From: an uncultured Acidobacteriota bacterium
GTDB lineage: Bacteria > Actinomycetota > Acidimicrobiia > Spongiisociales > ZC4RG35
Direction: 5' to 3'
Assembly: GCA_963828465.1 (NCBI GenBank)
Contig: CAWHEU010000024.1
Location: 32,001-96,000, forward strand
Length of the DNA stretch: 64,000 nt
Positions 48,137 through 58,269 of the stretch are shown here, piece by piece. The position numbers were made by a program, and so were the translations under genes. The number at the start of each line of letters is the position of its first letter. Within the stretch, counting starts at the first letter, position 1. The notes below the pieces were generated by a model. The model saw only the letters and a program-made list of their open reading frames with translations, did no database searches and was not told the origin of the DNA.

Positions 48137-49510
48137 GTGAGGCAACCGAACCGAGTCGCGGCAGTTGTCGCGTTGTTTCTGACAGTCGCTGCCTGTGCGC
48201 AGCCTCCCGCCGGGGTCGAGCCAGAGCCGAGCACCATCCCGCCGGCAATCATCCCTTCGACCACCCCGCCGTCGGCGCAGGTGGTGAATTGTGAGGGCAT
48301 AGACACGCCTTACGCCCCAGATGACTGGTATGCCGACACCCCGATCTATGTCGGTAATGAGATGCCAATCGAGGAGGTGCGGGCATTCGCCCATACCCTC
48401 GAGGGCTTCCAGGAGGTGTGGATCGACCGGGCTCACCATGGCTGGATCGGAGTGGGGTTCCACAACGCCGACGTCGAGGCACGTCAGGCCGCGTTGGAGG
48501 GCGAGTTCCCGGGTGTCGGGGTGGTTGCGGTGAACATGCCATACACCGCGGCCGAATTGGAAGAGTTCTCCCGGGATCTCCAGAGCCGTCTCCCCGATGG
48601 GATGAAAACGGCAAGCATCTATGAGGTTCAGGGATTCATCGAGATGTGGGTGGGTCGGCTCAATCCGGAGAACATCGCCTCCGTATCGGACGTTGTCGGG
48701 GACGCCCCGGTCTGCATCAGTGGCCAGGACCCGGCGACCACGCCTGCAGACGGTCCGCAGCTCGAGAGCGGCGATGGATGGTCGTACCTCGGTGAGGCTG
48801 ACACCATGCCCGACACCGAATATCCCCGAATCCTTGCCGACCCTGCGGATCTGAGCGCGATGTGGGATCAGCTCGGGATCCCTGGGGAGCCACCTGACGT
48901 CGACTTCGAGAAGCAGTGGTGTTTTCCGTGGTGATCGGTCACAGCGGCTCCTGCCCCCGGACCCGTCTCGATGAAGTCGTCGTCGATGACAGCGTGGTGT
49001 ATGTAGTGGTCCCCACCATCACAGAGGAGATGGGTTGCACGGCTGATTGGGTTCCTCGCACCTATCTGGTCGCCGTTGAGCGGGATCGACTCCCAGCGCC
49101 TCCCTTCCAGCTCACGACCGAGGAGGGGTATGGATCGCGGGTAGAGATCGCCACTGATCTACGGGTCCCGGGCAGTGTCCCTGCACGAGGCGACGTCGTT
49201 CGGGCCGAGGCCGGGCCGGTTCGAGAGGTCACCCCGATGCCCCATATGGATCGAACCGGGATTTCCCAGTCCGCCACTGACCATCGACCCCGCGTGTGGC
49301 GTCGCCTATCTCGGGGAGATCAATACCGTCCACTGGCATCGGGCCGAGGGGAGCGGGATGCCCGCTGAGTGGGAGGCGGCAACAATCGATGGTCTCCTCG
49401 ATCTCGAGCTGATGATGACGCCGGGCCCGGAGCCGACTTTGACCGCGTCAGCAAGCGGGGTTGACGTGGTGTATCTGCCGGGTCCGGAGACCACGAGGGC
49501 CTGCGACTGA
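48137..49510 (+). CDS. Hypothetical lipoprotein (apparent frameshifts near 48915 and 49242)
   Basis: Lipobox VAAC. Three overlapping ORF pieces join (PDVDFEK|VVFSV..SGSCP..CTAD|IWIEPG). Confidence 0.6.
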
Positions 49511-49513
49511 CTG

Positions 49514-50212
49514 TCACTCTCCATCGGATTCGGCGATCGCCCTTTCTATCTTCTTGCGATCGACGCCGAGGCCGGCGAGACACATGGCCTCGGGAGATTT
49601 CTGATCACGGAGCACTCCGAGCAATAGGTGCCCCGGGCGAATGACTCGCGATCTCGTTCGGATCGCCTCTCGAAGGGCTAGTTCGAGCACCTTCTTTGCA
49701 TCTGCAGTGAAAGGCAGGTGACCGGTTACCGGCTCCTGCGCTGGTCCCAGGATGCCCTCCATCGACTCTTTCACCTGCTCCAAGGACACGCCCTGAGACT
49801 CGATTGTCATGGCAGGCAGGCCTTGTGGATCTTCGATCAGCGCCAGAACGATGTGCCCGGGCTGTATGTGGTCGTGCTTGGCTCCGCGAGCGTGTTCTAC
49901 GGCCTCCATGGCGACGGAGCGGGCATCGTCGTCGAATCTCGTGAACATGCCCTGGCTCTCCCTCGGCACGCGTCTCGCGACGAATCGCTTCTGGACCGCC
50001 TGCTTGCTCACCCCAAGGGCACCACCAATCTCGGCCCAGGAAGCTCCGGAGTCCCGGGCCCGGTCGACGAAGTGGCCGATGAGTTGGTCGGCCAATACAT
50101 TGAGTCCTTCGGCGACTCCGACCGCCTCGGCGAGTTGGTCGAGCCGCGTTCCTTCCGGGACATTGGTCTCGACGAGGTCGACCAGCTGCTCCAGTTGCGG
50201 GGGTTGGCTCAT
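49514..50212 (-). CDS. HTH + Clp N-terminal domain protein
   Basis: ASWAEIGGALGVSKQAVQKRF HTH. F.RF..AR..., HIVLAL, PFTADAKKVLELALREA, HLLLG. Confidence 0.9.
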   Translation of the reverse strand: MSQPPQLEQLVDLVETNVPEGTRLDQLAEAVGVAEGLNVLADQLIGHFVDRARDSGASWAEIGGALGVSKQAVQKRFVARRVPRESQGMFTRFDDDARSVAMEAVEHARGAKHDHIQPGHIVLALIEDPQGLPAMTIESQGVSLEQVKESMEGILGPAQEPVTGHLPFTADAKKVLELALREAIRTRSRVIRPGHLLLGVLRDQKSPEAMCLAGLGVDRKKIERAIAESDGE

Positions 50213-50214
50213 CG

Positions 50215-50262
50215 CGTCAACCTTAGGTTGACGATGAGCTCTGCGTCAACCAGTGGTTGACG
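50215..50262. promoter_or_regulatory. Two palindromic operators upstream of the HTH-ClpN gene
   Basis: CGTCAACC-TTA-GGTTGACG (50215-50233) and CGTCAACC-AGT-GGTTGACG (50244-50262). Confidence 0.75.
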
Positions 50263-52198
50263 GCTGTCCGATCACGACGAGCACCGCACCGGCTTCGACC
50301 TGATCGCCAGGGGCGCAATCGACCTCGTCCAAGATCCCGTCATGAGGCGCCCGGAGGGTGTGTTCCATCTTCATCGCCTCGAGCACCACGAGCACCTGAC
50401 CGGCCCTGACTCTGTCACCGACGCTCGCTTCGACCCTGACCACCCGCCCCGGCATCGGCGCATGCAGCGACCCGGGAGTCTCGACTGACTCGGGCGAAGG
50501 AAACCTGGGCAAGGCGTCGAGGCGAACCGGTGCCCGCTCGGAGTCGACATGGCGGACCTCGCCATACCTGGCCACCTCGAAGCTGTGGTCGAGTCCGTCG
50601 TGGCTGAGTTCGACCCGATCGGGCGTGATTTCGGTGACGTAGATGGGGCCGAGATCTTCGACGACTGGGGCGGGTGTGATCGAGTATCGGATCACGTGAG
50701 TTCCGTGATCGCCTCGATACACCCGCTCCTGATAGTTGCCGGGCCGATTACGCCAACCCGAGGGAATCGTCCTCAGCACCCGGAACCGGCCCCGATCGAA
50801 CTCCTGGTCGGCCAACGCCGCCGCCATCGCCGACAGGCGCTCGGTCTCCATGTCCGCGAGTGGCCGGCCGAGGTGCGTCGGGTCATGCCGTTCGAGGAAG
50901 TGTGTATCCATCGCCCCCGACCGGAACTCATCGTGTTCCAGGATCCGAACCAGTAGCTCGCGGTTGGTGACGGGACCATGGAGCTTCGCCCGGCGCAACG
51001 CCTGGGCCAGTGTCTCGACCGCACGGTCTCGGGTGGCGCCGTGGGCGATGATCTTGGCCAGCATGGGGTCGTAGAACATCGACACCATCGAGCCGTCCTC
51101 GACCCCGGAGTCGACCCGCAATCCGGGCAGACCGGGAACTTCGAACCGGTGGATCATCCCGGTGACCGGGAGGAAGTCGTGGCGGGGGTCCTCGGCGTAG
51201 AGCCTTGCTTCGATCGCATGTCCCGAGATGACTGGCTCGACGTCGATCGGGGCGCCGTCGGCGATTTCGATCTGGAGACGCACCAGGTCCAACCCGGTGA
51301 CCATCTCGGTGACGGGGTGTTCCACCTGGAGTCTCGTGTTCATCTCCAGGAAGTAGAAGTCGCCGTCCTGGAAGAGAAACTCCACCGTCCCCGCCCCGAC
51401 GTATCCCACCGCAGTAGCTGCCGCCACCGCTGTCTCACCCATCCGCTGGCGCAGGCTCTCGTCGATCGCGAGTGAGGGCGCCTCCTCGATGATCTTCTGA
51501 TGCCGCCGTTGGATCGAGCACTCCCGTTCGAAGAGGGAGATCACCCGGCCGTGACCGTCTCCGAGCACCTGGATCTCGATGTGACGTGCTGCCTGCAAAT
51601 ACTTCTCCAGAAAGACGGTGTCGTCGCCAAAGGACGAGGCCGCCTCCCTTCGCGCACCTTCGATCGCCTCGGTCAGACCCGAGGGATCGCCGACGATCCT
51701 CATCCCCTTACCCCCACCCCCGGCTGACGCCTTTACCAGTACCGGGTATCCGAGCCCTTCGGCGGCTGCCTCCGCCTCATCGTTCTCTGTGAGGTCGATG
51801 GCGCCGAGTGTGGGGACTCCTGCGGTCTCGACCAATGTCTTCGAGCGGAGCTTCGAGCCCATGACCTCGATTGCCTCCGGCGGCGGGCCGATCCAGGTCA
51901 GCCCCTCCTCCATGACGCGGCGTGCGAATTCGGCGTTCTCAGCCAGAAAGCCGTACCCGGGATGGATGGCGTCGGCCCCGCTCTGTTTGGCAGCTCCGAG
52001 TACGCCATCGATGTGCAGATAGGTTTCGGTGGGGGTCGAGCCGGGAAGGTTTACTGCATGATCTGCTTCGAGCACGTGCGGTTCGGTCGTGTCGGGATCC
52101 GAATGGATGGCGATCGTTTCGATGTCCATTTGACGACAGGTGCGGAACACGCGGCGGGCGATCTCACCGCGGTTGGCCACCAGAATTCTTCGGATCAT
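50246..52198 (-). CDS. Acyl-CoA carboxylase biotin carboxylase/BCCP subunit
   Basis: ILVANRGEIA, HPGYGFLAEN, GGGGKGMR, EMNTRLQVEHPVTE, EAMKM. Confidence 0.93.
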   Translation of the reverse strand: MIRRILVANRGEIARRVFRTCRQMDIETIAIHSDPDTTEPHVLEADHAVNLPGSTPTETYLHIDGVLGAAKQSGADAIHPGYGFLAENAEFARRVMEEGLTWIGPPPEAIEVMGSKLRSKTLVETAGVPTLGAIDLTENDEAEAAAEGLGYPVLVKASAGGGGKGMRIVGDPSGLTEAIEGARREAASSFGDDTVFLEKYLQAARHIEIQVLGDGHGRVISLFERECSIQRRHQKIIEEAPSLAIDESLRQRMGETAVAAATAVGYVGAGTVEFLFQDGDFYFLEMNTRLQVEHPVTEMVTGLDLVRLQIEIADGAPIDVEPVISGHAIEARLYAEDPRHDFLPVTGMIHRFEVPGLPGLRVDSGVEDGSMVSMFYDPMLAKIIAHGATRDRAVETLAQALRRAKLHGPVTNRELLVRILEHDEFRSGAMDTHFLERHDPTHLGRPLADMETERLSAMAAALADQEFDRGRFRVLRTIPSGWRNRPGNYQERVYRGDHGTHVIRYSITPAPVVEDLGPIYVTEITPDRVELSHDGLDHSFEVARYGEVRHVDSERAPVRLDALPRFPSPESVETPGSLHAPMPGRVVRVEASVGDRVRAGQVLVVLEAMKMEHTLRAPHDGILDEVDCAPGDQVEAGAVLVVIGQPSTTG

Positions 52199-52282
52199 TC
52201 GCTCGATGAGCGTACCGGTGGAAACCATTTCACCCTCTGGAACGTCATATGCCTGTCGTCATAACTACGAGTTGAGGTCCAA

Positions 52283-52993
52283 ATGAGTGATACCCAGTTG
52301 ATGGAAAGACAGGATCGGGAGACGGTCGAGAGGCTTGAACCCGCTCCGAGACGCCGGAAGACCATCGTGCCGATTGCCATCGTCAGCGGCGTCGTCGCCC
52401 TCTTCGTCGTGATCGGGATCTGGGTGGTTTCCAGCCTCCAGGATCTGGTCGATGCAGTGCCGACACCGGGTGACCTGGCGGCCGTCTTCGAGCCGGAGCC
52501 GTATGAGGAGATCGGCCCGGTGGTCATCAGCTCGATCCGGGACATGTCCAATCTGACCACTGTGGAGACGGTCCAATACACGATCGTCGACAAGGGCACA
52601 GATCAGGGATGGCTGGAATGGGCCCGTGGTGACAGCCTTCAGTTGTTCGCCGTGGCGCGGATCGGCGCCGGCATCGATATGAGCGGTATCTCCGTGCAGA
52701 ACGTCTCATTGGATGACCAGGGCGTGGTCGAGATCACAGTCCCGGCTGCCGAGATCCAGTACGTGTCTGTCGACAACGAGGCAACCCAGATCCTCGATCG
52801 GGAGACCGGGCTGTTCACAAAGGGTGACCCCAGGCTCGAGACCGATGCACGTCAAGTAGCCGAAGAGGTCCTGGTTCAGGCCGCCGTAGATGATGGCGTT
52901 CTCGCCGACGCCGAGGCCAATGCTCGTCAGGTCTTGACCGACTTCCTGCTCGGCCTCGGATACCGCGATGTGGTGGTCGAGTTCGCCGGCTGA
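52283..52993 (+). CDS. DUF4230 family membrane-anchored protein
   Basis: One TM, L.TVE, AGID.S, ITVP.AEI, A..NA...L..FL..LGY..V. Confidence 0.78.
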   Translation: MSDTQLMERQDRETVERLEPAPRRRKTIVPIAIVSGVVALFVVIGIWVVSSLQDLVDAVPTPGDLAAVFEPEPYEEIGPVVISSIRDMSNLTTVETVQYTIVDKGTDQGWLEWARGDSLQLFAVARIGAGIDMSGISVQNVSLDDQGVVEITVPAAEIQYVSVDNEATQILDRETGLFTKGDPRLETDARQVAEEVLVQAAVDDGVLADAEANARQVLTDFLLGLGYRDVVVEFAG

Positions 52994-53011
52994 GGCTCGT
53001 AACCTCCCCGG

Positions 53012-53419
53012 GTGAAAAGCGAAGAGCTCACAGTTCAAACCGGGGGACATGGCGGCGTCTTCGACATCACGGCCCACATAGCGGGGTTCGCTTCGGGTCA
53101 GGGTGACGGGCTGCTCTCCGTTTTCGTTCCTCATGCCACGGCTGGTGTAGCCGTGATCGAGGTAGGCGCCGGGAGCGACGACGACCTGATCGCAGCCATC
53201 GACGATCTACTTCCTGCAGAGCAGGGCCGGTGGCGTCACGAGCACGGCAGTCCTGGACATGGTCGCGATCACGTGTTGCCGGCGTTCGTGTCGCCGAGCC
53301 TCACCATCCCGGTTGTCGCAGGCAGACCGACATTGGGCGTTTGGCAGTCGGTGGTGCTGGTCGACACCAATGTCGACAACCAGACCAGGAAGGTGCGCCT
53401 CTCCTTCATCGAAGGGTGA
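53012..53419 (+). CDS. YjbQ / UPF0047 family protein
   Basis: VPHATAG, W.H.HGS.GHG.DH, LGVWQ. Confidence 0.88.
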   Translation: MKSEELTVQTGGHGGVFDITAHIAGFASGQGDGLLSVFVPHATAGVAVIEVGAGSDDDLIAAIDDLLPAEQGRWRHEHGSPGHGRDHVLPAFVSPSLTIPVVAGRPTLGVWQSVVLVDTNVDNQTRKVRLSFIEG

Positions 53420-53424
53420 CCGGC

Positions 53425-53910
53425 ATGACGCCAGCACTCGAGACCCGACGACTGCGGCTGACACCGCTCGACCCGTCGGACGCCGGCGAGATGGTGTCGG
53501 TCCTGGGCGACGACCAGCTCTACGTCTTCACAGGTGGCAGGCCGCCGACCCTGGCTGAGCTCGAAGAGAGATATCGGGCGCAATCGGCGGGATCGCCCTC
53601 CGAGGGCGAGACATGGCACAACTGGATCATCCGACTGGTCGAAGACGGGGCGGCGGTTGGGTTCGTGCAGGCAACTGTGACCGGTGAGGAAGCCGAGATC
53701 GCATGGCTGGTCGGCGTCGATTGGCAGGGCCGGGGCTTCGCTACCGAGGCTGCAACTGCGATGATCGAATGGCTCGCCGCTGGCGGGACACGGCGACTGG
53801 TCGCTCACATCCATCCCGACCATGCTGCCTCGGGAAAGGTGGCGGCTGCGCTCGGGTTGTTGCCGACCGGAGGGGTGGACTTCGACGGTGAGGAAATCTG
53901 GGAGGGTTGA
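53425..53910 (+). CDS. RimJ/RimL-type GNAT N-acetyltransferase
   Basis: LETRRL.L, WQGRGFATEA, HPDH.AS..VA. Confidence 0.85.
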   Translation: MTPALETRRLRLTPLDPSDAGEMVSVLGDDQLYVFTGGRPPTLAELEERYRAQSAGSPSEGETWHNWIIRLVEDGAAVGFVQATVTGEEAEIAWLVGVDWQGRGFATEAATAMIEWLAAGGTRRLVAHIHPDHAASGKVAAALGLLPTGGVDFDGEEIWEG

Positions 53911-55510
53911 TCACATCCGAAAGACGCCGAAGCGATCAGTTCCCTTGACCTCGGCGGAATGGGTGGCAGAGAGGGCGATGCCGAGCACGTGTCGGGTGTC
54001 CCGGGGATCGATGAGCCCGTCATCCCGAACTCTCGCGGTCGAGAAGTAGGCCAACTCCTCGGCTTCGATCTGAGCTTCGACCTCTTTGCGTCGCTTCTCG
54101 TCTGCCTCTTCGTCGAAGGGCTCCCCCGCGGGATTCGGACGCCTGACGGGCGATGATCGACATCACGCCGGCGAGCTGGGTCGGCCCCATGACCGCCACC
54201 TTGTGGTTGGGATAGCCGAAGACGAATCGGGGGTCGTAGGACCGCCCCGACATCCCGTAGTTCCCGGCGCCATAGGAGACGCCGGCCATGAGAGCGATGT
54301 GGGGCACCTCGGAGTTGGCCACGGCATTCACCATCTTGGCGCCGTCCTTGATGATCCCCCGCTGCTCGTAGTCCTTGCCGACCATGTATCCGGTGGTGTT
54401 GTGGATGAAGAGAAGCGGAGTGTCGTAGCGGTTGCTGAGCTGGATGAACTCGGTGGCCTTCTGCGCCTCCTCGGAGAAGATCACGCCTTGCTGGTTGGCG
54501 ATCACGCCCACCGGGAAACCGTGGATGGATGCCCAGCCGGTCAGGATCGATGTGCCATAAACCGCCTTGTACTCCTCGAAGCGGGAGCCGTCGAGGGTCC
54601 GGGCCAGGATCTCTCTCATATCGAAAGGGACCCGGAGGTCGCTCGGGATCACGCCCAGGATGTCGTCGACTTCGTGAACCGGCTCGTCGGGGTCCTTGGT
54701 CGGCCCATAGCCGCGCTTGCGCCAGTTGAGATGGCTCACGATGTCACGGCCCATCCGGATCGCCTCGTGCTCGTCCTGAGCGAAGTAGTCGGAGAGACCC
54801 GAGACCTTGGAGTGCATCTCGGCCCCGCCGAGCTCCTCGTCGGTCGACTCCTCACCAGTAGCCATCTTCACGAGGGGCGGGCCGCCGAGGAACACCTTGG
54901 CCTGCTCCTTCACCATGACGGCGTAGTCGCACATTGCCGGGAAATAGGCGCCACCCGCCGTCGAGCTGCCGAACACGATGGCGATGGTCGGGATGCCCGC
55001 TTTGGAGAGACGGGTGAGGTTTCGGAACCACTTGCCTCCGACGATGAACACCTCGGCCTGGTCGGGGAGGTCGGCGCCGCCCGACTCGACCAGATTGATC
55101 AGGGGTAGCCGGTTCTCACCTGCGATGTCCATGATGCGAAGGGTCTTGGCCACCGAGTAACGGTTCATCGAGCCGGCCTGGCTGGTCGGGTCGTGGGCGA
55201 GGATGGCGCATTCCACCCCCTCCACCACGCCTATCCCGGTGACGACATTGGCCCCCAGGTTCTTGTCGGTGCCCCAGGCGGCCAGGGTCGAGAGCTCGAG
55301 GAATGGGGCGTCCAGGTCCAGAAGCAATTCGATGCGCTCCCGGGCCAGGAGCTTTCCGCGGTCCCGGTGACGCTTGATGTACTGCTCGCCTCCACCCTGT
55401 CGGGCCTTCTCCATGAGTTGTTCGAACTCGGCGAGCTTTTCCTCCATGGCGGCCCGATTGACCCGGTATTCATCCGACCGGGGATCGACTCTGGTGGGCA
55501 GGACCTGCAC
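53911..55510 (-). CDS. Acyl-CoA carboxylase carboxyltransferase (beta) subunit (apparent +1 frameshift near 54125)
   Basis: RGKLLARERI, LVESGGA, STAGGAY, GGPPLVK.ATGE, GAGNYGM. Removing one G restores ...DDGLIDPRDTR...FGVFRM*. Confidence 0.9.
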
Positions 55511-55555
55511 ATTCCTAATGTACGGCAACAAACATGGCGGACGGGGTGCTTTGAA

Positions 55556-56000
55556 ATGAAAGCGGCGGACTTCCAGGACCTGGTCGGGACCGAGATCGGG
55601 GTCAGTGAGTGGATGGAGATCACCCAGAGACCGGGTGGATGCCTTTGCTGACGCCACTGATGACCATCAGTGGATCCATGTCGATCGTGAACGGGCCGCG
55701 GCGAGCCCTTTCGGGGGGACCATCGCCCACGGGTTCCTCACCCTCTCCCTGACGGTTGCGTTGTCCGAACAGGTTCCGCTCGAGGTCGGATCCCCCCTGA
55801 TGGGCATCAACTATGGGCTGGAGAAGGTCCGTTTCCCCGCTCCGATCCCGGTGGGAACCCGGATCAGGGCCAGAGTCGGTCTTGTCTCGGTCACCGATGT
55901 CGAGGGTGGGATCCAGCTCAACCGTCAGGTCACGATCGAGGTCGAGGGCACCGAGAAGCCGGCCATGGTCGCCGAGACGGTCAGCCGGCTGTACTACTGA
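55556..56000 (+). CDS. MaoC family dehydratase (apparent +1 frameshift near 55628)
   Basis: G.EIGVSEW.EITQ|DRVDAFADATDDHQWIHVD, TIAHGFLTLSL, NYGLEKVRF. Confidence 0.88.
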
Positions 56001-56020
56001 CCTCGAAGGCTGATTGGGAT

Positions 56021-56717
56021 CTAGCAGGCTTCGCCCGCCCCCGACCACGATCACCTCGCCGGTGATGTAGCTGGAGAGGGGTGTGAGGAGCCACCAGACT
56101 GTGTTGGCGATCTCGTCCGGGGTCCCCATCCGGTCGAGGGGGATCGAGTCGACCATCTTCTCCCGGATGTCCTCGGGGATGGCCATGCTCATCTCCGATG
56201 AGATCAGGCCCGGGGCCACTGCGTTGACCCGGACATGGGGGGCCAGAGACAGAGCCATGGCCCGGGTCATGCCGACCACCCCGCCCTTGGACATCGAGTA
56301 GTTGAACTGGCCGAAGTTGCCCAGATATGCCCGGGAGGCGATGTTGACGATGGATCCGCCGTCGGACATCAGAGGAGCCAACTCGGTCGTCAATCGATAG
56401 GTCGCCCCGAGATTGATCTCGAGAACGGCGGCGAAGTCCGCGTCTTTCAGATTGACCAACCGGGCGTCCCGGGTGATCCCGGCGTTGTTGACCAACCCGA
56501 GCAGGGGCGACCCTGATGCCTCGACCGCTTCGGTGACCAAACCCGGGCCTTCGATCGAGATCAGGTCGACCTGCACCGGGATGATCGACTCGGAGAGCGC
56601 CAGCTCGGGGGCGATGTCGACGCCGATGACGGTCAACGGACCGGTCGACGCCATCTTCTCGGCGATGGCCCTGCCGATACCACGTGCCGCCCCGGTGACA
56701 ACGATGGTCCCGTTCAT
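56021..56717 (-). CDS. SDR oxidoreductase (FabG-like); 3' end uncertain
   Basis: TGAARGIG, NNAGITRD, GQFNYSMSKGG, ITGEVIVVGGG. The frame as given runs on into the MaoC gene; an out-of-frame TAG at ~56022 is the likely true stop. Confidence 0.8.
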
Positions 56718-57088
56718 GCCAGCGTCTTCCCGATGTGGCCCGAACCGACCCTTATCAGCTCACCGTTGACGCTGCCGTCGTCGAGCAGGCGACGGGCCCA
56801 CCCTTCCGCCACCGAACGCTCCTCCTGGTCGAAGGCGACCACGTTCGCCGTCCATCCCTTGCGAGCTCCCTCCAGCGCGGCCGTGCGTGCAGCAGAGAGC
56901 AAACCGCAGGCGACCATCGCGTTCGCTGGTCCCCTTCTCCCCAGCAGGTCGTCCTGACGCACGACATAGACGATCGATTCCTCGCCCTGCGCCACCGACC
57001 GAGCCGCCTCGAACGCCCGGGTCAACTCGGCGAGGACCGAGGCCCAGTCCTCGTCGACGTCTTCGGCCCAATGGACCAACCCGCTCAC
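56714..57088 (-). CDS. Small SDR-fragment-like protein lacking catalytic motifs
   Basis: GLLSAARTAALEGARKGWTANVV...VNGELIRVG resembles an SDR C-terminal half. 4-nt overlaps with both neighbours. Confidence 0.65.
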   Translation of the reverse strand: MSGLVHWAEDVDEDWASVLAELTRAFEAARSVAQGEESIVYVVRQDDLLGRRGPANAMVACGLLSAARTAALEGARKGWTANVVAFDQEERSVAEGWARRLLDDGSVNGELIRVGSGHIGKTLA

Positions 57089-58269
57089 GAGACGACCGCG
57101 GTCCCGGACGCGACCATCTTCTCGATTGAGTCGGGATCTACCCCCGCCTCCCGCAGGATCGGCCGGGTGTGCTGGCCCAGAGTGGCAGGGGGGGAGGTGG
57201 CGCGGGCGGGCGCGCCGTCGATGTGGATCGGCGAACCGGTGGTCTTCACCGAGCCTGCCACGGGATGGTCGAACTCGACGATCATCTCGTTGTGCCGCGC
57301 CTGCGGGTCGGTCAACGCCTCGCTCAGGGTGAGGACGTGACCCACGGGAAGACCGGCCTCACCGAGCACGGTCACCCAGTGATCGGCCGTCTCCATCTTG
57401 AACACACTCGTGAGCTTCCTGGCAAGGGCGTCCCGTTTGGCCATCCGCATTTCGTTGCTCGGGTATGAATCCACCAGCTCGGGCAGACCGAGGCTGTCGG
57501 CCAGGACCCGGAAATGTCGATCCGAGACGACGGCCAGCGTGAAGTGCCCGTCGAGAGCTTCGAATACCTGACTGGGGGCGACGTAGGGGCTCGCCGTCCC
57601 CACCCTCTCCGGCTGCTTCCCTTCGGCAAAGGCAAGTGCGTTCCACGCCGACTGGACCGCGATCACACCGTCACGCAGCGAGACATCGATGTGCCTTCCC
57701 GATCGGGGCGTCTCCGCCAGTGCCGCCGAAATCGCCAGCGCTGCGTTGGTGCCTGCCACGTAGTCGCCGATCGTGGTGGCAGTTTTCATCGGCCTGTCTT
57801 TTGGACCGCCCGTGATCGAGATCATGCCGGCCTCACCCTGGAACACGATGTCGATCCCGGCTCGATTCGCGTAGGGGCCTTCGGCGCCGAAGGCGGAGAT
57901 CGAGGCGTATATGAGCGTCGGGTTCAACTCGTGCGAGCGACTGGCGCCGAACCCGAGTCGTTCGATTGCCCCATGTCTGAGGTTGTGGATCAGCACGTCG
58001 GCCTTCCGAACCAAGTTGTCGAGAACCCGTTTCGACAGCCAGTCCTTGGTGTCCAGGGCCAGGGACTCCTTGCCCCGGTTGACCGCCATGAAGAAGGCGG
58101 ACTCGCCGTCTTGATGAGGCCCGAACCCGCGCGACAGGTCCCCTTCGGGGGGCTCCACTTTCACCACCCGGGCTCCCAAGTCGGCGAGGAGCATGGCGGC
58201 GTAGGGCGCCGCGATCAGATTGCCGAACTCGATGACGAGGGTGCCATCGAGGGGCCCGACGTCAGACAC
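57085..58269 (-). CDS. CaiB/BaiF family III CoA-transferase
   Basis: IAAPYAAMLLADLGA.V.KVEPP.GD, NRGKES, SISAFG, GD, P.LGQHT. Confidence 0.92.
   Translation of the reverse strand: MSDVGPLDGTLVIEFGNLIAAPYAAMLLADLGARVVKVEPPEGDLSRGFGPHQDGESAFFMAVNRGKESLALDTKDWLSKRVLDNLVRKADVLIHNLRHGAIERLGFGASRSHELNPTLIYASISAFGAEGPYANRAGIDIVFQGEAGMISITGGPKDRPMKTATTIGDYVAGTNAALAISAALAETPRSGRHIDVSLRDGVIAVQSAWNALAFAEGKQPERVGTASPYVAPSQVFEALDGHFTLAVVSDRHFRVLADSLGLPELVDSYPSNEMRMAKRDALARKLTSVFKMETADHWVTVLGEAGLPVGHVLTLSEALTDPQARHNEMIVEFDHPVAGSVKTTGSPIHIDGAPARATSPPATLGQHTRPILREAGVDPDSIEKMVASGTAVVS

Noticed and set aside
16750-56030. Frameshifts in thiQ, thiP, the CE7 esterase, the SLH protein, the lipoprotein at 48137, the carboxyltransferase, MaoC and the SDR as pseudogenes or programmed frameshifts
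   Set aside because: Nearly all are single-base indels, mostly in 2-5-nt runs, within otherwise intact frames with no in-frame stops or shared slippery motif. Long-read error is the simplest explanation; read polishing would decide.
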